From: Methanobacteriota archaeon
Lineage (GTDB): Archaea > Thermoplasmatota > Poseidoniia > Poseidoniales > Thalassarchaeaceae
Direction: 5' to 3'
Assembly (NCBI GenBank): GCA_002708385.1
Contig: PANM01000013.1
Coordinates: 87,359 to 151,358 of the forward strand
Length of the DNA stretch: 64,000 bases
The translations under genes and the position numbers were made by a program. Every line of letters starts with the position of its first letter. Position 1 is the stretch's first letter. The notes below the pieces were generated by a model. The model had not been told where the DNA came from. It saw only the letters and a program-made list of their open reading frames with translations, and ran no database searches. Below, in pieces: positions 27,167 to 35,463 of the stretch.

Positions 27167-28687
27167 TTAGTACATTCTAGCTAAATGTTGTTTATTTGTT
27201 GTCATTTTTCCAGTTACTACACATGGTTGTGGTTCTGAATATGGTTCGGAACAATCACCTAAAAATGTCAGCCCAGTTGCTTTTTCTAAAATTTCTGCAT
27301 GAGAGTCATTCCCATCGAATGCAAATTCGTAAACCTTACCCTCTTCTAATGGAGAATTCAATTTCCATCCATTATCAGTTTCAGTTATTCCGGGGAATTT
27401 TACTACAAATTTCTTCATATGTTCACTAGACCGTTGTCTTAATTCAGACTCAATATCGCCTATTGCCTGTGAAACAATTTCCAGTAGTAGATTTGAATCA
27501 TGACTATCTTTTCCTCCCGTTCTTAATGTCATAACAAATTGACCAGATTTAAGGTCCCTTGGGCCTACTTCTATTCTAATGGGAACGCCTTTTATCTCCC
27601 AATCATAGTGTTTTGCGCCTGGACGTATATCTCTGTCATCAACCCTGACCCTATAACCATTAGAATGAAGTTGTTCTGCAATATTTTTGACTTTGAGGAT
27701 TACATTATCATCGAGATGTTCAGCTACTGGCATAATTACAATCTGAATTGGAGCCACTTTAGGAGGGAAAATCAAACCGGAATCATCACCATGCATACCA
27801 ACAATCGCCCCTAACATTCGCTCTGACATTCCAAATGTCGTTTGGTGACAAAATTTAGTCTCTCCATTTACATCTTCATACTTTAATTCGAAGGCTTTAG
27901 CCCATTGGTCTTTGTAATGATGGTATGTAGCAACTTGTAATGTTCTTCCATTTGGCATTACTACATCAACAGCATTGGAATACCAAGCACCAGGGAATGT
28001 ATCCCAAACTGGTCTTTTTGAAATCAAAGCTGGAAAACATAGGTCATGGAGTAGGTTCTGCACAATGATGGCATCTTCTTTGATTTGTGCATCTGCACCA
28101 GATTGATCTTTATGGGCTGTGTGTGCTTCGAAAAAGTGAATTTCTCTAACGCGAATAAATGATCTGGTTTGTTTTGTTTCATATCGGAAAGTATTCACAA
28201 TTTGGAACGTTTTCAATGGTAAATCACTGTGTGACCTTACCCAAAGTGGGAACATCGTATACATAGGGGTCTCACTAGTAGGCCTGAGAAACATGGGCAA
28301 ATCTAATTCATTCTCACCCGCATGTTTGACCCAATAGACTTCCTTCTTGAATCCAGCGTCATCCTCATCCAATCTGAGTTCACTGGGGTCTACTCCCTGT
28401 TCCCTAGCCATTTTTAATAAGGAAACCAGTTTGTTTTCTTTCTCCAGTAAATCTTCCGGAACCAAGAGAGGAAAGTTGTATTCTTCATGACCTGTTCGAT
28501 CCATTTCGGCTCTTGTAAGTCCGTCTATAAGCATCATAGCTTTCCAACCATATGGTTTCCAAACGTCCATTCCTTTGATTGGATACCTCTTGTCAACTAA
28601 GTCTGCTATTTCAACAATAGCGGGATACCAGAGGTTAAAATCTTCCTTTGAAGGAATGCCCCTCTTGGCCTTGTCGCGAGACGCCAT
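27167..28687 (-). CDS. proS: Prolyl-tRNA synthetase (archaeal/eukaryotic type)
   Basis: Class II motifs and a C-terminal zinc-binding domain, about 506 aa. Confidence 0.9.
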   Translation of the reverse strand: MASRDKAKRGIPSKEDFNLWYPAIVEIADLVDKRYPIKGMDVWKPYGWKAMMLIDGLTRAEMDRTGHEEYNFPLLVPEDLLEKENKLVSLLKMAREQGVDPSELRLDEDDAGFKKEVYWVKHAGENELDLPMFLRPTSETPMYTMFPLWVRSHSDLPLKTFQIVNTFRYETKQTRSFIRVREIHFFEAHTAHKDQSGADAQIKEDAIIVQNLLHDLCFPALISKRPVWDTFPGAWYSNAVDVVMPNGRTLQVATYHHYKDQWAKAFELKYEDVNGETKFCHQTTFGMSERMLGAIVGMHGDDSGLIFPPKVAPIQIVIMPVAEHLDDNVILKVKNIAEQLHSNGYRVRVDDRDIRPGAKHYDWEIKGVPIRIEVGPRDLKSGQFVMTLRTGGKDSHDSNLLLEIVSQAIGDIESELRQRSSEHMKKFVVKFPGITETDNGWKLNSPLEEGKVYEFAFDGNDSHAEILEKATGLTFLGDCSEPYSEPQPCVVTGKMTTNKQHLARMY

Positions 28688-28736
28688 GATTATACTCGCA
28701 ATACATAATCGCTTGAATGTGACGATGATAAAGGCC

Positions 28737-29924
28737 TCAATAATCGGTGATTAGGTTGCATATCGACTTAGCCAAACCGCTGTCAGTTGTTATTTTCTCT
28801 ACTGTACCATCAGAATGGACTATTCGGGCTCTCAATGACTTAGAATCGTGCATTTCTTCAAATATATTTGCAACTACTGCATCTACACCATATGTTTGAA
28901 TTTGTTGTTTGGCTCTGTTAATTAATGTAGATTCATCAACATTAGTTTCTAATTTGAATCCTATGCGAATCGAATCTTTGACTAGACCTTGAAGTTCTCT
29001 GATGTGCTTTTTGCCAGGTTTTAATTTGAGGACCCATTCTTCAGCACCGCTAGGTTTCTTTCCGGTTTCAGGGTCTGTAAAATAATCTAAAACTGCTGCT
29101 GCATGTATCCATACATCAGGATTGTCGCGTTTTGCTACTGTTCGACAAACAGATAACATTCCATCCGGTGTACCATCTCTGTACACGGTTGGTAAAGCAA
29201 ATGTTGGTCGTGCAGAAGTTTTTCCAACGATACAAATTACATCGTGACCCATTCGGTACAAATATTCGGAAATAAGCCAACCAGTTCTACCAGATGAGGC
29301 GTTTTGAATTGCCCTAACCGCATCTACTGGTGCCCTATTAGCACCTAGAGTAATTGCAACTGTTTTGGAGTTGGGATCATTATTTGCGATATGGCACAAA
29401 GAGGCTACTATGGAAATTGGATCTGGTTGTTTTAACTTCCCTTCTTCTATTTCATTCAATATCACATGACTCCCTTCATTTTTTAGTTCCTCAATGAGAT
29501 TTGAGGTTACTGGATCATCGAATAAATCATTATGCATAGAGGGCACAAAAACAAGTTTGGAACCTCGACCTCTGGTGGCGGAAAGAGCCATCAAGAGAGG
29601 TGAATCGATTATTCCATGGATATGTTTAGCAATTGTGTTTCTAGTCGCAGGAGCTATTAACACAATATCGAAATCTTCTAATTGTGACATTTCACTACTC
29701 CAATCTAGATGTACTTCATTATCAGCCCCCCAAGATACAGCTAAAGGAGTAACAATTTTTGTCGCCTCTTCGCTCATTACAACCGTTAAATCCGCTTGAT
29801 GCCGTCTTAACTCTCTCGTGAGTCTAATTGATTCGACAGAAGCTATACCTCCTGATATGGCTAACAATACTCGTTTCCCAGCCAGAGCATCACTATGGAT
29901 AGCGACGCCGGTGTCCTTTGTCAC
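28737..29924 (-). CDS. coaBC: Bifunctional phosphopantothenoylcysteine decarboxylase / phosphopantothenate-cysteine ligase
   Basis: An N-terminal flavoprotein domain (LLAISGGIA) is followed by a C-terminal CoaB ligase domain, about 395 aa. Confidence 0.8.
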   Translation of the reverse strand: MTKDTGVAIHSDALAGKRVLLAISGGIASVESIRLTRELRRHQADLTVVMSEEATKIVTPLAVSWGADNEVHLDWSSEMSQLEDFDIVLIAPATRNTIAKHIHGIIDSPLLMALSATRGRGSKLVFVPSMHNDLFDDPVTSNLIEELKNEGSHVILNEIEEGKLKQPDPISIVASLCHIANNDPNSKTVAITLGANRAPVDAVRAIQNASSGRTGWLISEYLYRMGHDVICIVGKTSARPTFALPTVYRDGTPDGMLSVCRTVAKRDNPDVWIHAAAVLDYFTDPETGKKPSGAEEWVLKLKPGKKHIRELQGLVKDSIRIGFKLETNVDESTLINRAKQQIQTYGVDAVVANIFEEMHDSKSLRARIVHSDGTVEKITTDSGLAKSICNLITDY

Positions 29925-30001
29925 AACACCCCGATAGTATGTATGTTCAAGAGTGCGTCGGCTTCCGTTGAAGTCTTAGAGGAAGGTCGATTCGCAGATA
30001 T

Positions 30002-30556
30002 ATGGCCAATAGTGATTTTGAATTATTCAGTCGTAGATTGATTACTTTTGGCCTCTTGGACCTGCTAATTATAGTATTGATATTTAGCACGTTATCATTC
30101 ACTAAAAATTCGATAATTTTAGGCCTTAGCCTCGGATTCGGTTTATTTTCAGTTTTTTATGGTATCATTGTAATTATTGGATTTGCGAGGCGAAACCATC
30201 ATTACGAAATCAAGTTAGCTAATTTCTTATCATTTGTTTCAGGATTTTTCCTAATGATTGGAGCTATACAAGTTTTGATAGCAATACTCGCAAATGACTT
30301 AATCCTGAGTTTACAAGGAATTTTATTGATTTTACTAGCTAATTCCACACGTAAAAGGACCTTTACACTCAGACATCCAACATATATTTCTTGGTATAGG
30401 CAGCATGCAAATTCTGCTCCAGTTTTGGGAACAAATGAAGTATTTGCTACCTGCCCGAATTGTAACAGTTTACTAGCAGTCGTACCACAATTATTGACAG
30501 CAAAAGATAAATGTCCACATTGTAGTGGTTTTTTGGTAATACGAGAAGAAGAATGA
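30002..30556 (+). CDS. Hypothetical multi-TM membrane protein with C-terminal zinc ribbon
   Basis: Four hydrophobic helices, then CPNCN...CPHC. Confidence 0.35.
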   Translation: MANSDFELFSRRLITFGLLDLLIIVLIFSTLSFTKNSIILGLSLGFGLFSVFYGIIVIIGFARRNHHYEIKLANFLSFVSGFFLMIGAIQVLIAILANDLILSLQGILLILLANSTRKRTFTLRHPTYISWYRQHANSAPVLGTNEVFATCPNCNSLLAVVPQLLTAKDKCPHCSGFLVIREEE

Positions 30557-30557
30557 T

Positions 30558-31691
30558 TCAAACTTTCTCCAAAGCAGTCGCTATCCCCATTCCCCCACCA
30601 ATACACATAGTTGCTATTGCTTTTTGGGAATCTGTTCTGTCCAGGAGGGAGGCTGCTTTGCAGGTAATTCTGGCTCCTGAAGCCCCTAATGGATGACCGA
30701 TTGAAATAGCACCTCCATCTAAATTGACTTTACTTACATCTATACCTAATTCATTGATACAAGCCAAACTTTGGGAAGAAAACGCTTCGTTAATTTCGAA
30801 GATATCAACTTCATCCAGATCCCATCCTGCTCTTTCAAGACATAGTAATGTAGAGGCAACAGGCCCCATCCCCATAAATTCAGGAGCGCAACCTGTTACA
30901 GCAGTTGAGACAATCCTAGCCAACGGTTTTAGGGAATTTTCTTGAGCGAATTCCTCACTACATATAATTGCAAAAACCGCGCCATCAGTTAATGGCGATG
31001 AGGTAGCAGCAGTAACAGAACCTCCTTCTTTGAATACTGGTTTCAATTTCTCTATAGATTCTAGATTTGTTTCATGTCGTATACAACCATCTTCTGAAAC
31101 TAACCCGTCAGCGGTATTAACTCTACATATTTCAGCATCAAAATTACCATTTTTTTGGGCAAAGGATGATTTTTCATGAGAGAGTAGTGCGAATGTATCT
31201 TGGTTTACTCTATCGATGGCATATTTATCCGCTACATTCTCAGCAGTCACCCCCATGTTGATGTAAGCTTCAGGATAGGTTTCTTCCAAACTAGGACTCG
31301 GTGACCAATTGAAGCCCCTTCTCTTAACTCTAGACATTGACTCAATTCCCCCAACTAGGAAGCAATCACCCCATCCGCATTCTATATTCGCAGCCGCCAC
31401 GTGAATAGCTTCCATAGAAGAACCACAAAGACGATTGAAAGTAGCCCCAGGTATTGTATTAGGTAATCCAGCAAGGAACGCTAACATTCTACCTAAGTTG
31501 TACCCCTGTTCACCTTCCGGATAAGCACATCCAACTAAAACATCATCAAATGAAGAGGGTGGGATTTTAGACCGTGAAATCAACTCCCTAGCTACTTGGC
31601 CGCCCATTTCATCAGGTCTAATTTTCTTCAACCTACCTTTGTGGGCTCGATCAAATGGCGACCTCATCCAATCGACTATAACCGCTCCCAT
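30558..31691 (-). CDS. Thiolase (acetyl-CoA C-acetyltransferase, archaeal type)
   Basis: The active-site Cys sits in NRLCGSSMEAI, with the C-terminal GHPLGASGAR and CIGGGMG thiolase signatures. Confidence 0.8.
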   Translation of the reverse strand: MGAVIVDWMRSPFDRAHKGRLKKIRPDEMGGQVARELISRSKIPPSSFDDVLVGCAYPEGEQGYNLGRMLAFLAGLPNTIPGATFNRLCGSSMEAIHVAAANIECGWGDCFLVGGIESMSRVKRRGFNWSPSPSLEETYPEAYINMGVTAENVADKYAIDRVNQDTFALLSHEKSSFAQKNGNFDAEICRVNTADGLVSEDGCIRHETNLESIEKLKPVFKEGGSVTAATSSPLTDGAVFAIICSEEFAQENSLKPLARIVSTAVTGCAPEFMGMGPVASTLLCLERAGWDLDEVDIFEINEAFSSQSLACINELGIDVSKVNLDGGAISIGHPLGASGARITCKAASLLDRTDSQKAIATMCIGGGMGIATALEKV

Positions 31692-31749
31692 GACCTACCC
31701 CTATGGGGATGGACGATAACTATTGAGTAATATCAATTATGAATGTGGG

Positions 31750-31772
31750 TTCAAGACCGGCGGGTTCTTGAA
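31750..31772. promoter_or_regulatory. Perfect 7-bp inverted repeat (TTCAAGA-9nt-TCTTGAA) in the thiolase/kptA divergent spacer
   Basis: Seen directly in sequence. Because it lies between divergent starts it is more likely an operator than a terminator. Confidence 0.2.
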
Positions 31773-31794
31773 AGATAAATAAGTCCGCTACAAT

Positions 31795-32481
31795 ATGATA
31801 AGAGAATGCTCCAAACATGGGTTCTATGCCGATGACCACTTATGCCCAGCATGTAATGAAGAAGGGAAATTCATTATGAGGACGGGGGAGCGTAATAGCC
31901 TTGCCAGAAGACTAGCTTTAGTGTTGAGGCACGCCCCCGAAAAATTCGATCTTGAAATGGATATAAATGGTTGGATTGACGTCAAAGATATCATCAAACA
32001 ATTCAAAAAAGGTGGAAAAAGATTTCATTGGTTACGGCCACATCATTTCAGAGCAATTGCTGAAACCGACCCAAAGGGAAGGTACGAAATTAGAGGGAAT
32101 ACAATTCGGGCAACCTATGGCCATACACTAGAGATAGAACTTGACCTACCTACAGATAACATCCCAGACACTCTTTATTTCCCATGTGATCCTGAACAGT
32201 GTGACAACCTACTCGAAGTCGGACTTACACCTAGTGGTAGGGCACATGTTCACCTATCCGCAACGATTCGTAATGCCGCGGAAGCAGGTCATGTTCACTT
32301 TTCACTGCCAACCATTTTAGAAGTCGATACTGCACAAATGAATGCTGCAGGGGAAACCATTTGGCATGCTGGAGTTACAGTATATCTAACCGAAAGTGTG
32401 CCACCTGAATATTTGTCAGTAATCGATAACGATGACCCAGAATATCTTGTAGCAAGGGCACGTTGGACTGAAGAAGAGTGA
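31795..32481 (+). CDS. kptA: RNA 2'-phosphotransferase KptA/Tpt1 with N-terminal zinc-ribbon extension
   Basis: Tpt1 core motifs LALVLRHAP, GHVHLS and HVHFSLP are present, preceded by CSKHGFYADDHLCPACN. Confidence 0.75.
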   Translation: MIRECSKHGFYADDHLCPACNEEGKFIMRTGERNSLARRLALVLRHAPEKFDLEMDINGWIDVKDIIKQFKKGGKRFHWLRPHHFRAIAETDPKGRYEIRGNTIRATYGHTLEIELDLPTDNIPDTLYFPCDPEQCDNLLEVGLTPSGRAHVHLSATIRNAAEAGHVHFSLPTILEVDTAQMNAAGETIWHAGVTVYLTESVPPEYLSVIDNDDPEYLVARARWTEEE

Positions 32482-32482
32482 A

Positions 32483-32884
32483 TTACTGAAATTCCCCACA
32501 AAGGGAACAGAAATCTAAATCTCCCAATAGTTCTGCATCACATTTATTACATCTGCCTACTGAATGTTTTTCTGATTTCACTTCAGTTTCGTTAATCACC
32601 CTGACGGGTTCATCACGAGTTATGAACGGATTGTCTATAGAATCATTCAATTTCATATTTTGTTTGAAATTGATACATTCTTGTATTGCGTTTTGTAATC
32701 TATTAGATACACGAATTCTTTCTTCTTGTGATTCAATTCTATCTAAATCAGCCAGTCTACTTTGTAACCATCTTTGAAATCTGTCGAGTTCACTGGTATC
32801 AGACATATACCTCGCAAAAGGATGGGGGAAATTAACCTGACCTGTGATAGTCCGTAAAATTTCTCCAATTACAGGATAACACAA
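32483..32884 (-). CDS. Hypothetical protein with C-terminal C4 zinc ribbon
   Basis: CNKCDAELLGDLDFCSLCG at the C-terminus; no other recognisable motif. Confidence 0.3.
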   Translation of the reverse strand: MCYPVIGEILRTITGQVNFPHPFARYMSDTSELDRFQRWLQSRLADLDRIESQEERIRVSNRLQNAIQECINFKQNMKLNDSIDNPFITRDEPVRVINETEVKSEKHSVGRCNKCDAELLGDLDFCSLCGEFQ

Positions 32885-32885
32885 A

Positions 32886-33707
32886 ATGCCCCATCCCCTG
32901 GCCGAACTGATAATTGTGGCTCACATCTTGGTAAAATTTGGTGGCGGCCTAATTACAGATAAATCCCAATTAAAGACCATTAATCAGGGAGCTATTACTG
33001 AATTATCTGTGTTGATTCATTATCTAATCAATAATAACCATCAGGTTACGATTGTTCATGGTGCTGGGTCTTTCGGCCATCTTAAAGCAAAAAAATGGCA
33101 AATATCTGAAGGCGCTATTTCTGAAATTGAAAAGGAACAATTAGTTGCTGTAGCGGCAATCCGTAAAGATATGAAGGAACTTAATTCCTACATAACCAAG
33201 GAATTGGTAATACAAGGTGTAGAATCAATAAGTTTCCCGCCTTCAAATTGGGCCCGAGGTATCGGTCCAAATTTCAAAGGTTCATTAGCCGATATCGCAA
33301 GTTGTCCACAAAATACTGTAGCCATAACATTTGGAGACGTGGTAGATTGTGAAGAACCAAGGAATTTTGGAATCCTATCTGGTGATGATTTAATGGTAAG
33401 ACTTGCCAAGGAAATCGACGGTATCACACACTGCATTTTTCTTCTAGGAGACACTGAGGGATTACTAACAGCACCACCTTCTGACCCAAAATCCAAATTA
33501 GTCCCGACTTGGTCAAGGAATCGAACAATAAATGGAGAACACAACACATCTGAGGATGTTACGGGAGGAATTTTTCTTAAATTAGAATCCGCAGCTGAAA
33601 TCACCCAAGTGGTCTCTAATGTTTGGTTCTTAGACGGTAGAAATCCAAATCGCGTAAAGCAATTAATTGAGGCTGGGCATACGATAGGCACTCGAATCGT
33701 CCCCTGA
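32886..33707 (+). CDS. ipk: Isopentenyl phosphate kinase (amino-acid-kinase family)
   Basis: The AAK-family glycine-rich motif VKFGGGLITDK is present, with His in VHGAGSFGH. Size and context (alternative mevalonate pathway) fit. Confidence 0.65.
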   Translation: MPHPLAELIIVAHILVKFGGGLITDKSQLKTINQGAITELSVLIHYLINNNHQVTIVHGAGSFGHLKAKKWQISEGAISEIEKEQLVAVAAIRKDMKELNSYITKELVIQGVESISFPPSNWARGIGPNFKGSLADIASCPQNTVAITFGDVVDCEEPRNFGILSGDDLMVRLAKEIDGITHCIFLLGDTEGLLTAPPSDPKSKLVPTWSRNRTINGEHNTSEDVTGGIFLKLESAAEITQVVSNVWFLDGRNPNRVKQLIEAGHTIGTRIVP

Positions 33708-33774
33708 TTCGCCTTAAGCAACATCATAATCCATTTCCATTATAGGATGAATGCACTTCAAAGGACTGTAAATC

Positions 33775-35463
33775 ATGACCGCTACTTCGACTCCACTGGA
33801 TGGCTTGGATACTTCTCAAGTAGATATGATGGAAGAATTGTGCCTATGCCTAGATGAAAATGACAATGTCATAGATTCCTCGAGCAAATTAACCACTCAC
33901 TATGGAGAAGGCATTAGACATAGAGCATTCAGTGTACTAATTTTTGACTCCAATGATCGTTTGTTGGTGCAACAGCGGTCTACAGACAAAATTACATTCC
34001 CTGGGGTTTGGGCTAATTCCTGTTGTAGCCACCCATTAAACATGACAGGAGAAAATGGAGATCCAGTAGAGGGAGTAATTAAAGCTGCAAAACGGAAGTT
34101 AAATCAAGAATTAGGTATACCAGAAAATGTTACGAATAATTGGAAGTTCAACCACATTGGTAGATTTGAATATAAATGTCGTTGGGACCAAGATTGGGTA
34201 GAACACGAAATTGATCATGTATTAATTGTAAGAGCGGACTGTGAAACCAATCATAATAGGAATGAAATTCAGGCAATCGATTGGTTAGACAAAAAAGCTC
34301 TAAGTGAAATGATGGAAGGTAAAGGTAGATGGAAGAGTCAACTAATAGCACCCTGGTTTCAAGCGATATACGTCAATTTCCTAAATTCGAATGATTTTAC
34401 TTTAGAAGAGATAATTGATAATCCCATCAAAGAAATCATTAGATGTGAGGAATTATCTGTGAATCATCCGTCTAATTCCGCTAGTAATGTATTATCCGCA
34501 CTGGAGAATCACAGAGATATTGTCGAGTCAATAATCGAAGATAGTCTATTAAAAATACAACAAGAACGATTGCGTGGTGCAATGTCACACCTCTTTACCG
34601 GCGGTGGAAAACGACTGAGGGCTATACTTCCTAGGCTAGTAGGCAATGCAGTAGGGAATGGGCATCAAGGCCATTATACACTTGGAGCTTGTATCGAAAT
34701 CATACACAACTTCACTTTGGTTCATGATGATATTATGGATCAAGACCCAATAAGGAGAGGACTTGATGCAGTTCACGTAGCATATGACGATGCAACCGCC
34801 ATAAACGCCGGTGACGCGATGTTGGCATTGGGCTTTGAAATGCTGGCTGACAGCGAACACATACAAGATTCTCAACTTCGACAAGTAGTCAGTGCAATTG
34901 GAGAAATGGTTAGGCATGTCGCTGAAGGGCAACAAGAAGATTTCGAATTTGAAGAAAGAGAAAATGTTTCTGAGGAAGAATACATAGCGATGATTGCCGG
35001 AAAAACTAGTGCTATGTTCAAGACCTGTGCCGAGACTGGAACAATTTTAGCCGGAAAAGATAAGTCAACGATAGAAAACATGGCTAAATGGGGCCTTAAC
35101 CTGGGATTATGTTTCCAAATTATGGATGATTATATTGATATGACCAGTGACACAGAAACTCTCGGTAAACCTGCTGGAAGTGACATAATTCAAGGTAAAA
35201 GAACACTGATTGCTATACATGCTCTTGAGAGTGGTGCTAATCTACCAAATTTCAGGAAATTGTTTGGAACAGACTCCGATAATTTGACTGATTTATCTAC
35301 AGCCGTTGAAGAACTTCGAGATAATGGTTCAATTCAATATGCTTTAGATAGAGCATTGGAACATCATAAAATCGCCCATGACTGTTTAGACAAACTAGAT
35401 CAGTCGGAATCAGTCAATCTACTAAGAGATATGACGGATTTCCAATTGGTTAGAATCAATTGA
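33775..35463 (+). CDS. Fusion protein: type-1 isopentenyl-diphosphate isomerase (Nudix fold) plus short-chain (geranyl)geranyl diphosphate synthase
   Basis: The N-terminal about 200 aa carry IDI1 signatures HRAFSVLIF, ITFPGVWANSCCSHPL and WVEHEIDHVLIV. The C-terminal about 330 aa carry the trans-prenyltransferase FARM LVHDDIMDQD and SARM FQIMDDYID. It is one uninterrupted ORF. Confidence 0.8.
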   Translation: MTATSTPLDGLDTSQVDMMEELCLCLDENDNVIDSSSKLTTHYGEGIRHRAFSVLIFDSNDRLLVQQRSTDKITFPGVWANSCCSHPLNMTGENGDPVEGVIKAAKRKLNQELGIPENVTNNWKFNHIGRFEYKCRWDQDWVEHEIDHVLIVRADCETNHNRNEIQAIDWLDKKALSEMMEGKGRWKSQLIAPWFQAIYVNFLNSNDFTLEEIIDNPIKEIIRCEELSVNHPSNSASNVLSALENHRDIVESIIEDSLLKIQQERLRGAMSHLFTGGGKRLRAILPRLVGNAVGNGHQGHYTLGACIEIIHNFTLVHDDIMDQDPIRRGLDAVHVAYDDATAINAGDAMLALGFEMLADSEHIQDSQLRQVVSAIGEMVRHVAEGQQEDFEFEERENVSEEEYIAMIAGKTSAMFKTCAETGTILAGKDKSTIENMAKWGLNLGLCFQIMDDYIDMTSDTETLGKPAGSDIIQGKRTLIAIHALESGANLPNFRKLFGTDSDNLTDLSTAVEELRDNGSIQYALDRALEHHKIAHDCLDKLDQSESVNLLRDMTDFQLVRIN

